Positions 47,859 through 60,800 of a stretch of 64,000 bases of DNA are shown piece by piece. Source of the DNA: Lingula anatina (Eukaryota > Animalia > Brachiopoda); assembly GCA_051362555.1 (NCBI GenBank), contig CM120647.1, forward strand, positions 15,848,651 through 15,912,650, in the 5' to 3' direction. Each line of letters starts with the position of its first letter. Position 1 is the stretch's first letter. The position numbers and the translations under genes were made by a program. Under the pieces are notes generated by a model. The model was not told the DNA's origin. It saw only the letters and a list, made by a program, of their open reading frames with translations, and ran no database searches.

Positions 47859-50800
47859 ATGACATCCTCAAACTAACTCACATTCTCTCTCTGCCATATT
47901 TTAGATTACTTCAGGCATTTGCTTATGGTCCATGGCTATAAAAGATCATTAATTCATCTGTAGCCGACACAATCAATGCAATGAAGAGAATTTATAGTGT
48001 CAATTGGAGATAATTTGATTTGCCAGGATTCAGCAGTATAAGATTTAGTTTTCTTCCCACTTGTGTCCAAGTTGGCACTGACAATAGCTTAAGAGACAGG
48101 ACGGTGATTAAGTTGATTTACTTGGGTCATGACTTCAGATATTCTTATCAAATGCTTTGGAAAATAAACTAAGACTGTAGGAAATTTCAGGAATATTGGT
48201 TGATCATCCATGCCACCCCCTTATATTGTTGCTTTGGTCAAAATCTGTGATTTGCCTTAAAGGAAAATTCAATCTAAGAAGTCCTTTAGAAATTTTTTCT
48301 CAGTTTTCTGTGAAAAAACTTTTGCTTATATCATGTCATTTACTCTCTCATATAAAATTGCCACAGGTCATGAGCTTCAGTAATTGCATTTGTCATCATC
48401 ATCATCTTTAGTGCAATTCTCTGTATACTGGAGATTGTCAGCACACTCCATGGACCAAGCCCCTCCACTATTTTCTATCAACTGCCGTCCTTGTGACCTC
48501 TTAAACTTCTTCTTGTCAAATTTTGTATGATGATCTTCCATCCAAACCTCGGCCTGCCATGTTTTCTCTTTATTGGGCGCTTTCAAATGTTGATGTAAAT
48601 AAATTTTTCCAGTCACAGCTGGTGGTCCAGAAACTTAAGTTTCTTTTCTTTGATCTTGTTCAATAATTCTTGTTTAAGTCTCAGTTACTCATTGGAATAT
48701 CTGGAAAAAAAAAGGACTTGCAACAATCTTTTCTGTGAATATTTAGGCTTTGTTTTATCTTAAGTATGATGCTTTTTGTTAATTTATTATTTATAAATAA
48801 GCATAGAAATTGAGAAAATCACAGGAATGAAAGTAGGTAAAACAAATCGCAAAAAGAAAAAAAAAGCATGGAGTACTTTGACACTTCATCAAAGCTGTGC
48901 ATTTCCATTATCTTAACTTAGTGAGTCTTTGATGAATTCTTAATGGGGATAAAAGGCCATAATTGCTCAGAAAATGCCCTTCTCTGGGACTGCAAATTAA
49001 AGTTATATGTGTTAAGAGGGATTTATTTATTGTGTTGTTTTACCCACCACCACCATTCCATGCTAGTGGGATGTTGTCAGTCTCTACTTTCACTATTGTA
49101 TTTAAAGTAATATTTTCTAAAATATTATCAAACATGTTACTGTACATACACCTTAATTGATAAAGCATGTGCAAATTTCTCCTTTTGATTTCACTGTTGT
49201 TTGTGTTTTTCAATACTTATTTGAATTTAGTGAGTAAATACTGGTGGATCTTACATGTAAACCTTGTTTATTCTAAAGAAGTTCTCTGGCTAGATTCAAA
49301 GATTGTCAGCCAAAAGCTCCAACTTTATGTTATAAATTAGCAGATTTTTCCTGATTTTTTATTCAACCCAGTATTTACTTTGACTACCAGAATATAATGG
49401 ACCAGAATTGTACTATGTAAAATGTACATTTCCCTCTCCAGTAAAGTAAAGACTTGAGTATATTGTTGCCAGTCCATTAGGAATATCATAAGAGGTGCTC
49501 TCTTGTCTGATCATCCATTATTGAGTCTTTGGGCGCATTCCCATAGATTTTAGATCGATCTATCCCCGTGGGGAGTCTCACTAGATTACTGTCAGATAAT
49601 CCAGCTTAAATGTCCGTCCCGCCTACTACAAGCTGTAAGGGGGTAATTAACTTTCGTGCTGGCTCGGCTGACTACTATTTAGCGTGAACCCCCAGGGAGT
49701 TAGGTCGATCTAGTTGGATCGATACAATCTCTGGGAATGGGGTCTTTGATAAATCATTAAATGCCATTTTTTCTCTCAGACACAAGAGAGATTTGTGTGT
49801 TACATAGTCAGCTTCCGTTTCTTTGTTGTCGTACATAAGTGCGTGTAAGTTAATGGACAGATAAGAATCATTAGATGAATGACAATATTAATGGGAGGTG
49901 TACAAAGGAAAGTCAGTTTGGGCGTAAGAACTGAGTAAAACAGACATGCTTTTTTTTTTCAAAGAATGACAGAATTCATAAATCTTTCATATTTCATGGT
50001 TCCAATTCCTGGACTTTGTCAAGGTGAATTGTTTAATCCCATGGTAAATGTTCAGAGGTTTATGAAACCCAGGCTTGTGTCTGGTCAAAAACTCATCAGA
50101 CTTTATTTTATCTTATTTTATTTTATTTTATTTCATTTTTTTTTTCATGTGTGTGATGCTCCAAGGGTTGAAAAATATGCTGGTTTTTGGTATAAAAGTC
50201 AAGGATAAATACTGTAGTGAAAGCAGTAGAAGGCAGTTCACAGATTTGATACTCTGGAAAGATAACCTTGGGGACCACAAATATAATTCATAGTAATTTT
50301 TTGTAACCTCTTGAGTATAATTCTGGGATGAGGCTGATTCACATATTTGAACCTGACGGAAAAAAAACAATTGTGACAGAGGCGAGAAAAGATAAGGCTT
50401 TTATCTATACACATTGAACATGGCTGAAAACGAAGCGTATCTTTTTCAAGTCAGAATCACTTCTATGGATTCCAAGTAACGCAGCAGTATTGATCATACT
50501 CAGCCCTATGGGATGAACTTTCTAAGCTGGGGGTCACTCGATAACTGTAAGGCTTCTCCAAGAGAAAATTAACTGAAGTCAATAAAAGAATACGTAAGGA
50601 GCTGATTTAGTAGGAAAAGATTTGTCTTTCACCCGGATTGATTTTGTTTGTAATCAGGTTGTTGTTATCTGGAGTATGTGTATGTGTACGACTGTGTTAG
50701 GTGGACTTCTGGTTGAGGGTCGGGTCTCTTGGGGAGTTGTGTTCAACTTTCAGGTCGATAGAAAGTGCTACTAGGCCATTTTCTTGATAGCAGATGAACG

Positions 50801-51185
50801 TGCAGGGTATGGAAGAAGGGAAAAGAGGGGTGAAGGTCTTCTGGCTTTTAATGCCTTTGTTTTCCTGATGTATTTTCATGTGACATTATTTTTTGGATAA
50901 GTCTTGGTTACTTGTTTCCAATCTCCCCCTTCTACTCTCCTCTTTCTATCTCTTTCTCCCTTCTCTCCCTCACACCTCTGTCCACCTCCCTCCAATATTA
51001 TAATCCTCCCCTTTATTCTCTCTTGCTTTTTCCCCTGTCTCTCTTCTCTCCCTTTCTCTCTCTTTCCACTTCCTCTCTTACTCTGTCACTCTCTCGCCCT
51101 CTCTCTCTCTCTCTCTCTTTCCTCTCTCTCTTCCCGTCCTCTTTCTCTATCTCTCTCCCTCCTGTCTTTCTCTCTCTCTCTCTTC

Positions 51186-51225
<40 letters not shown>

Positions 51226-51261
51226 CCCCTCCTCTCTCTCTCTCTATCTTTCTCCCTCCTT

Positions 51262-51292
<31 letters not shown>

Positions 51293-54200
51293 TCCCCTCC
51301 TCTCTCTCTCTCTCTCTCTCCCGTCTTTCTCTCTCTATATCTCTCTCCCTCCTCTCTCTCTCTCTCGCTGTACTATCCAGCAATAAAAACTATCTAATGA
51401 TGCATATATCCTCCAGCTGTGCTAATTATAGGACTAAAAAGAAGTTTATTCACGACGGCAGCATGTTGCAATTTTATGACTTCCACTGTAGAAGTTGGTC
51501 CGTATCAGCTGGTGTCTTTGAGACCTATCTGTTAACTTAATTTCATTGGTAAAATATGCTAGTACTTAAAATTGTGTTGGATACAGTTGTAGTCTGTGCC
51601 TGAGTCTAACTAGGGAGAGTTCTAGAAAAAATACTTTAGACCATAAATTAAATTGGAAAAACTAAAGTCTAGTTTACTCTGACCTAAGGCAAATCAGATG
51701 TTTTCCTATGAAATAAAATATTATACAATCAGGCTTTTTTTTTAGGAAAGAAAAAAAAGTGTTGCTATAGTAGACTGATGTGTAGCGTTCCATTTTGATA
51801 AACTTGTCCACATTTATCCAGATTGAAATTCCTGTGGACTAAAATTTTGACTTGACTTTTGACTGTGTACCTTGAGTCAACCTGACTCAAGTTGATCTGT
51901 TGTTATGAAAGGAACTTTGATTGCACTCCATCAAACTGCACCCTCAGAATGTGATTACACATTTGAACATCTTCCATTACAATTAATTTTTCAATTGGAT
52001 TTTGTAGCGGATATTACATTTTAATTATGTATTTCAGATTACTAGCACACATGAGACAGTAGTTCTCACTTTGCAACAATTTATTTGTGAACAGATAGTG
52101 ATAATTGCATTTTATGTTGTAATTATCTATGATTATTAAATGTAACTGATTACATGTGGTCCCATTCTCCTCAAATCAGCGTTTTAACTCTTCACATTAT
52201 TCAGCATTGATAACAAAGTACTAGTGCAGCTGACACTTCTTTGCCAAGTAATAGTAAAATTTGAGCCATTTATGATAAAGTCTGTTATGATTATCAGTCA
52301 GTGGCAATAATACTGTGGCAAATATGTTGCAGAAAAAAAATCCAGAGTACTTTGGTACATAGGGCATGGCTGCAAAATTTCAATATGGCTATAAAATCCA
52401 ATATGGCTGCCTGACAATTGTAAGGTTCTGTTATCCCTCCCCCCCCCCCCAATAAACTTGTATAATGCTGCATTGATTACAGAACACAGCAGCAACTTTA
52501 TTATTGCCAATAGATAAAGAGGGTTATGAATATTAATAGAAATACATACCATGCAGATTATTGAGAACAATTGACCTAGGTTAAGTATGTCTAATATACT
52601 CTTCTCTACTAGTACGCCAATGTTTTTAACTAAATTTCTCATTTTCTTTTAGGTGAGAGATCGAGACTCTTTGACAAGCATTGCTGCTAAGTTTGACACC
52701 ACTCCTTCTGTACTGGTGAAAATCAACAGACTGGTGACTAGAGTTGTATTTCCAGGACAGGTGAGCTTAATTTGCCACTCTCTGTTCTGAGTGATAATGA
52801 TTTAAAAATGTGCACGCCACAACAATTATTAAATTAACAAAAAAAAAAAAAAAAGAGTTGTGTTACTTATTATCTTTGCCTTTTTTCATTGAAGAAACAT
52901 TTTTGAACTGTTTTATAAGTGAAATAACCCTAAAACCTGCTGATAATTTCAGTGCTTATTGAATTTGTGTTTTAAAAGGATTGTTCTTTGTTTCAGAATA
53001 TATTTGTCCCAGACAAGGACTACGTCCCCAGTGAACCTACCTCGCCAGTGGAGAGTCCGACATCTTCTGCTACATCCAACCCTGTAAGTAGATGTGCATG
53101 TGTGCATGTCTATGTGTAGGGGCACCAGCACGTGGTTAATATGTGCATGTCTGTTAGTGTATCTGTGTGTGTGTGTGTGTGTGTGTGTACAAACACATAG
53201 TCCAACATGGTTTCAAATTACTTACAGTTAATATTTTTTGGCTTAATATCACAGTCTGAAAAAAAAAAAAATAAAAACATGGTTCAGGCATGCTAGAACA
53301 AGTACTTTGTTGTTACAGTTGAAGATTGCAGTAGGTCGTGTGGAGCCAGATCTTCACACGCCATTACGAAGTCCTGGACATGCTGAGAGAGTGTTTCCAT
53401 CAACGCCGCCGCAAGAGGTGAGACTAGAGATGAAAATCTTCTACTTTTTCAGGCATCTGGATACTTGGGTGTTGTATTGATGCCCCTCACCTCCTCGTGC
53501 AGAGCTACAGTTGCCTAGCTTGTGTTTTTTCAGGATTGTTTTGAAATGTCCACTTTCATACCTATAAATAGGGATACATGTTTACACATACACTAAAACA
53601 TACTTTTCCACTCACATACAAATACTAAAGACCTATGTTCAGACATGCATAACACATCTTTGTACTCATGGACAGCTTAAGACACACACATACACACTGT
53701 CATGTTATCAATATGAATAAAAGGCACAGTGGTAGTTTTTGATGTAACAAGTTCAATAACTTTTGCTGTAGCAACAAGAAAAGATTCATCACCAACAAAA
53801 TTTGGTGTAGTGACATTTACTTTAACTATTTACAACATTTCACACCTGAATTCTAACGCAATTTATTAATTACTTTATCTCCTAAAGCAGTGTTTTGTTG
53901 AACCAAGAAAGAAAAACTAATTGTGCTGATATTAGTAAGTGTTACAGTATTTAGATGTGAAACAAAAATGATAGACTACAATCTGAGAGACTTGTTTTAA
54001 TATTAAAATATTTGAAAAATGTTGGTGCTTGTAATCGGTGAGTATTAACTGTAATTGGAATGATATTTCCAGGTCCACGAGATTGAACCTCCTAAGCCAC
54101 TCTCTGAGGATGAGGCCAAGAAACTGGATGAGGAATGTTATGAAAGATTTATCAAGCTCAATGTTCGATATATAACAGATGGACAGGTATGTGTATGTAT

Positions 54201-54827
54201 AACAATAATGAAGAAAGGTAAAAGACAAAACTTTTGATTTTTATAGATGAAAAAGTGAATATAAAAATAAATTAATCCAAAAGAACTTTTTCAAAAAAAT
54301 GCACCCAAACACACAATACACTTATAAAAACAGCATGACTATAAAAATGAAGTATTCTGTGAAAAGCAACTTATTCCAACTAAATGACATATTTGCCTCA
54401 AAAGCCTGGCCACCTAGAGACAAAAGTAGACAATGCACCCTATTTGTTGAGTTTTGAACTTTTAAAATCATGCACTGTTACATTCTTTCACCATTGGTTT
54501 GTGTCCCATTTAGTGTTTTTTATTGTTTTTTTTTCTTTTTTCAAATTGGGTGTGTGAAAAAAATATTTATTTCTTCACCAATGAATTTTTAATCCATAGG
54601 CATTTTCAAGCTCTACTAGTGACACATTGGATGGTAAAGCTAAGGTAAAACAACATCTGTCAAAGATGACATGGATTGTTTTGGTGATTCTTTAACAAAG
54701 TCTCAACCTAGATTTTAATCTGTTCAGCTGAAGGGATTTAGAGGGGGATCCTCGCTTTTGGTTTACTGTACTAATTTAGAATTTTGTACTTTGTTTAGTT
54801 AAATTGGTCTGGTAATTGCAGTGTTCG

Positions 54828-54871
<44 letters not shown>

Positions 54872-57800
54872 TGTACAGACACAGTTCTGTGTTGTTTTTC
54901 AGTCTTTATGTTAAACTGTTTTTTGTACATTTGAATTCTTTCTTTCTTTCTTTCTTTCTTTCTTTATTTTGTTAGTTTTTTTTTGTTTTTTTGTTTTTGA
55001 TATGAATTTGATTTTGGTATGTATGACTTAATGCCTGCCTTTCACACAGCTAAATTATAATTGATATTAAAAGAGCATTTCACTTAAATGTATTATAGAT
55101 GTAAGACTGATACACCTGTAGGTTAGGCTGCAAGCCCATGTAGCACATTCACCTTTCAAGACATTTACAAAAGTATGTTTATGAAAATTGTAACCCCAGA
55201 CCTCTCACTGTCTGCCTACATAACTCGGAGCTACATTGTAAAATCAGCATTATACCACAAGATAACATGCTAAACTTTCTTAGGATTATGCTGTAAGTCA
55301 CATGTTAGCCACTAACTTGTCATCATTTATCATTTGAGAAATTTAATACCCATCACTTTTTGCCTGCATTTTGCATAGTTTTACATAATCACGAAACCAG
55401 CATTTGACTTGAATGTTACAGAAATATGCTATACTGTGGCTCAGGCTGTAAAGAACTAAGAAGCAAATTATCCTTGGCATTTTATCATCTGGGTTATTGA
55501 GAGTAGATAATCTTATCACTCTAACTTACTGCCTGCATTTCACACATTTGAATCATAAAATCAATATTTCACTTCAAGCTAATTCCAATATTTGAAACTG
55601 GTTATGGCATGTACTGTAGTCTAGTTGATGAGGAGAATTAAATGAAGCCATGTTGAAATGTCATCCCTCTGATTCTCACATACCAGCATCCTTACACTCC
55701 TCACTATTTGGCACGTCACGTCACATGACTAACTTTGCAAAACAGGGAGCACACTTGTCACCAGTGTTGAAATTGGCTTCATCATTTTTTGCCTAAAGGT
55801 CCAGTCCATCTTCATTGTAAAAAAGCCTTGAATTAAGACACTATCAATATACAGAAAAGATGTCATGAATGGCAGGGTTATCTTAGGTGTTTCTGACATA
55901 CAGTCATAATCACCAGCTTCTCTGTATTCTACTCAACCCAGGAGGAGGGTTTTTGACCTGTAAATCTGATTTCATTCAGCAAGAGTCCCCACAGAGCTGC
56001 CCTGATCTATATAGAATGATAGCTTACTAGTAATTGGGAAGGACCCCTTAGTAGGCTAAGAGTTGAGCTCAATGACTAGCTTAAGACTTTTCAATGAAGT
56101 TTAATTGGGAAGGAGCCCTAAGTAGGCTTAGAGTTGAGCTCAGTGACTAACCTAAGACGTTCCAATGAAGTTAACTTGGGAAGGAGCCTTTAGTAGGCTA
56201 AGACTAACTTAAGACTTCCCAATGAAACAGGTACCAGTTTCCCACCTTTTAATCCACATTTAATCTCAAGGATGTTAATGACATAAGCTATACTTCAGGG
56301 AGTGGTCAAGGGAGTCCTGCTGGTCACCCCCAACGCTGTGATGTTTGACCCCGATGTCAGTGACCCCTTGGTCCAGGAGAACAGTCCAGAAATGTACGGC
56401 ATGATTGCTCCCATGGACATGATCATCAGTGCCGCCATGTACCATGACATTTCTATTATGAAGTTGAAAGGGTAAGGAAATTCTTATTATGACATCTGTA
56501 TTATGAAGTTGTAAGGGGTATGGGAAATGTGTATAATGCCATGACGTTTCTTTCAAGAAGTAAGGAAAATATATGTACTTTAACAATTCTTTCATGAATT
56601 TGTGAGGGTAAGGATAAAGTATGTACCATATATAGAAAATGTTTATACCATGGTATTTTCTACCATAAAGAAAAGTACATACCGTAACATTTCTATCATG
56701 ATATTAAAAGGGTGAAGGTGCTTTTTTGCCCAAAAATAATTTGTCATTGCACTGTTTTTCATGGTGTGATATCTTTATTAAATCATGTTTTGGCTCTCCT
56801 GCACAGTAAAGCTTCAAAAGAAAAATTGTATAAATACAAAGAATGGAAGTGACACTATAACAATGATCAACTTTCTAGGGAGGCGGTAGGTATGAAACCC
56901 TCTGCCAAAGTGTACCATGCTCCCGACTGTGCAATACACAGAGCTGACCAATTAGAATCCGAAGCCGCAGAGGTCACGCCACCAACCAGCCAATCAGAAC
57001 CCATCACAGAAGAAGACATAGCTGATGCAAAAATCAAGGAGAAAAGAGACAGATTTAAGCGAGCAAGAACAGTTAGCGCATGCTCCTGTGGGGCCGAAAG
57101 GATTGTTTCTGAAGCTCTAGAGAAAGTTCGTAGAAGTTCCATAGACCATGGGGGGATATCTCCCAAGGTTCACGATGGTCATAGTCACAATGACAAAAAT
57201 GAAGATGGGGATGGCAAAAATTTAGTGCAAATTACCACAGTAATGAGTACGGAAGACAAAAGCACAGGTTCAGTAACTGATTCCAATGTAGGTGCATCAG
57301 AAGCAGCTACAACTCAGTCAGATAGCTCTGTGATATCCCAAGATTCAAAGACAAAAATGTCCGACGTTGCCAAAGTCTATGACTCAGCAGATTTCGACCT
57401 TCTCCAAAGCAGCAATAGCTTGGAGCAGGAGGTCCATTTGTCAGATATTAACGAAGTTCCTCTGGTCAAGCAAAAAGACATCCCTCACCATCACCATCAC
57501 CATCACCATGTGGGCCCTCACGTAACTGACCATAATCCCGTGGCGCCCCCTGATGATCCAATCCCAGAAGTCTCTGAAGCAGAGGACATTCCTCTGGAGC
57601 AACTGGTGAAGGACGACCACGAACTGAGCTTCCATAGTGAGAAAGACAATGGTGATGATGTCGACGATGACTTCACAGACTCTCTCCAGAAAGAAGACGG
57701 CCTGACGTATCCACTGGAAGGTAAGATGAATGAATGTGCAGAGAGCGATCCAGAGAATGTCCTCTTTTCGTTGGGTTCTAGCGCTGATAGTGGAGGAGGG

Positions 57801-60800
57801 ATGCCAGCCAATCAGCTTGATTTCTCTCCATCGCCCCAAAGGAAATTAAGCAACATACTTTACTATGTGCATGATAATGAATTGAGGGAGAAAGGGACTC
57901 AGATTGGATCAAGGTCCAATAATGTAGGCCAAGGTGAAGGTCAATTGGGTGACTATTCAATAACAACCCCTAGCGACAATGTCAAAAATGGTGGCGATGC
58001 CATTCATGATAATTGTGGTATTTGTGATTATTTGCCTAAAACGGACACTGCCTATAGCGTGCTAGAGCTTCTTGACCCAGATAACCCTGCTGCACCGATC
58101 TCACAATCCCCTGATAAGCAACCAGCGATCTTTGGGTCGTGGGTCAGCCTTTCTAGTAACCCCAATCTTAGCACCTTTGTAGATTTCTCCAGCGGGATGT
58201 TCTCCAGTAGCAAGCAGGACCGAGGTCGGGTCCAGGATGTGCACGATCTCGAAGAGCACTTGCCTCAAAACTACGAACAACATGACAGCAGCTGTGATGG
58301 CTTTGTTCGCAAAACGGCCAATACGTTATGGTATCAGCGTCCTCCTACTGATACAGAAACACACAGTGGTAAGGCAGATAGAGGGTTTGGGTCATCTGGT
58401 CGGTTCAAGAAAGGTTACCAGCGGTCATCGTCTGGGGTGGACATCGAGGTGGAAAGTCTGGTCAAAGTTGAAGACCGTCCAGAGCTGTTTAAGTCCATTG
58501 ATGGTAAGTGGTCAGTCTGGCTGCCCAGGGGGACAGGTCTCAAGTGTACAGTTTTTGTCAAAGGTCTTAATTGATTGATGATCACAAGTTTTGTTTTTGA
58601 TTCTTTTTTTTTTTTATTTGGACAGAAATTTTGACTAACAAGATTTCACTGATGGTACTGATTGATAAATTTGATCAAGCATGGGGATGATAATCACAAG
58701 CACATTGAACATCATGGAGAAGGGGGTTTTTAATTGGAGCTTCGTATTGATACATTCTAACCAATCACGTTGAGGAATGGATTCACTTCGGGACATTGGC
58801 AGCCATCCCTCCTCTACTGATCTATGCTCTTTCATCTTTTTTCCCTCGATTCTTTCTCACATTCTTCCCTGTCTTGCATGTGACTAAACAAAAATGATTG
58901 TCTAAGAATGATGATTATACTCTTTAGACTTAAATTTGATAGTAGATAGAAAAGAGGAAAGTGTCTACATGTGAATAGAGGTTGGTAGAAAGGATAATTT
59001 GGAAGAATTGAAGAAGATTATCCAGATAGTTTTAGAATTTATTTTTTGATTTTTGATTTTTTATTTTTCAATTTTCTGAAAATGTTCAGAAAAAGACAAT
59101 TGGAAACCCAAGACTTATTTAATCAGTTCAATATTTAAACTAAACTTTTGACTTAAGTTAATTACTTAACAATTTAAAGAAGTTACTTTTTTATTTTTAA
59201 GCACTGTAATTTGATTTATTTCTGAATTTTTTCCTAGATTACTATACTAGTGTTGTCAGTAGGTATTTTAGCTAAATAAAACTAGCTTTTATGGATGAGT
59301 AGAGTAAGAATTACTCAAATAATAGCAAACTGATACACAATAGATACTAGCTCTTATTAATTTACAATCAACTGATTAAATTGTCAAAACTTTAGATGAA
59401 GTTGTGCGTGATACTTATATAGTTAATTTGTGCTGTAACGTAAAATGAGAGTAAAATATTTATAGTACAAGCATCTTCATTATAGCCAAAAGATTATTTT
59501 TACACAAGCAAAACATCTTGAAGCCTTCACCAGAATTTACCATATGCTTCATAAGTTCTTTGCTTGCGTAGAAATAACAATTTTTGGACAACATGAAACC
59601 AGTTTTTGATAACATTGGCACAATTTTACATAAATACAAGAACAAGGATTGGCTTGATAATGACTCTTTGCACTTTCTCTCTTCTTTGCATGCTGTTGGA
59701 ATATAATAGCAATGGGTCTGTATAGAATTTACAATTTGTTTTTTTTTTTCTATTTGTGATATAATTGAGATATCATTAAATGTATCAGAACTGCTTAAAA
59801 TTCAATTTGTGATCTGAAATATTTTACAAATTAAGGTTAATTTCTTTGTATTTAAAATGTTACAATTTACAGCGTTTATTTGGTTTAGTGTAAGGAATGG
59901 TAAAGTGGTAACTTTGAGAAAGCACGTATTACATTAAAATATTTTAATAAGCCAAATTTTCAAATATATATTGTTAGTTTTATTTTTGTAGCCAAATTAA
60001 AGTTAAGAATTTAAAATGCCAGCATGAACTGTTATTTATTATCTTTATGATAAACAAAGCGTGTTCATTTATTTATATTTTATGTTGGTTTATTTGTATA
60101 AATTAAGATCAGATTGACTAATTCACAGCGGCAAATCTGATTTTAAAGAACCCTTAAATCAGTCAGTTTTTTAGTTTTTTTTAGTGTCATGTTTTGTTGA
60201 CCTTATAGTTATTTGTGTATATGTATTTATTTATATTTATAAACTTTTTGTTTCCCCATTCCTACAAACTCCATTCCAGATCTCCTATTCAAGTGTGCCT
60301 CTCCAACCAGCTTGGATGAACCTCCATTATATCTGTGTCTAAAGGTGGGAATTCCCATCAACAAACCCGTCTCCAAGACTTGCCCCATTGAGTCCTACAG
60401 CAAGAAAAAGAAGAAGCCTGAATACTGGTTTGCCATACCTAGGGACAAGTAAGTGGTTCAAGGGGATATAGATTATCGGGGGTAGGGCTAACACTCGGCA
60501 ATTCAGCCAAATGCTAAAACTGACCTAAACTGGCTAAAAAAAGGGCTTTATTTGACTTGTTATAGTCAAATTATAATTATTTTGACCACAAATTGACAAA
60601 AAGTGGTGATTTGGCTAAGCGAAAAAAAAAAAAAAAAAATTGCTAGCGCTACCCCAGGTTATCAATTGTATATTTTCTTTTAGTCAGATTTATTTATTTA
60701 TTTATTTTCTTTTAACCTATAAGCTAGGGCCCACTGCAGGATAAATTTTCTTTCAGTAAAGTATTGTGGCTCAGTCTGGGGTCTTCTTTCTGTCAAATTG

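Noticed and set aside
50904-51397. ORFs of 160-161 aa rich in Leu/Ser
   Set aside because: Translation artefacts of a (CT)n tract; the same applies to ORFs at 31957-32199, 44737-45037 and 46823-47455.
56031-56226. Regular repeats as a CRISPR array
   Set aside because: Head-to-tail ~70-bp tandem units without unique spacers, no cas genes, located in an animal intron.
58504-58574. C-terminal 23 codons of the 560-aa ORF as a stand-alone gene end
   Set aside because: A strong donor at 58503/4 splices in phase to the conserved exon at 60280, so the ORF is an internal OXR1 exon.
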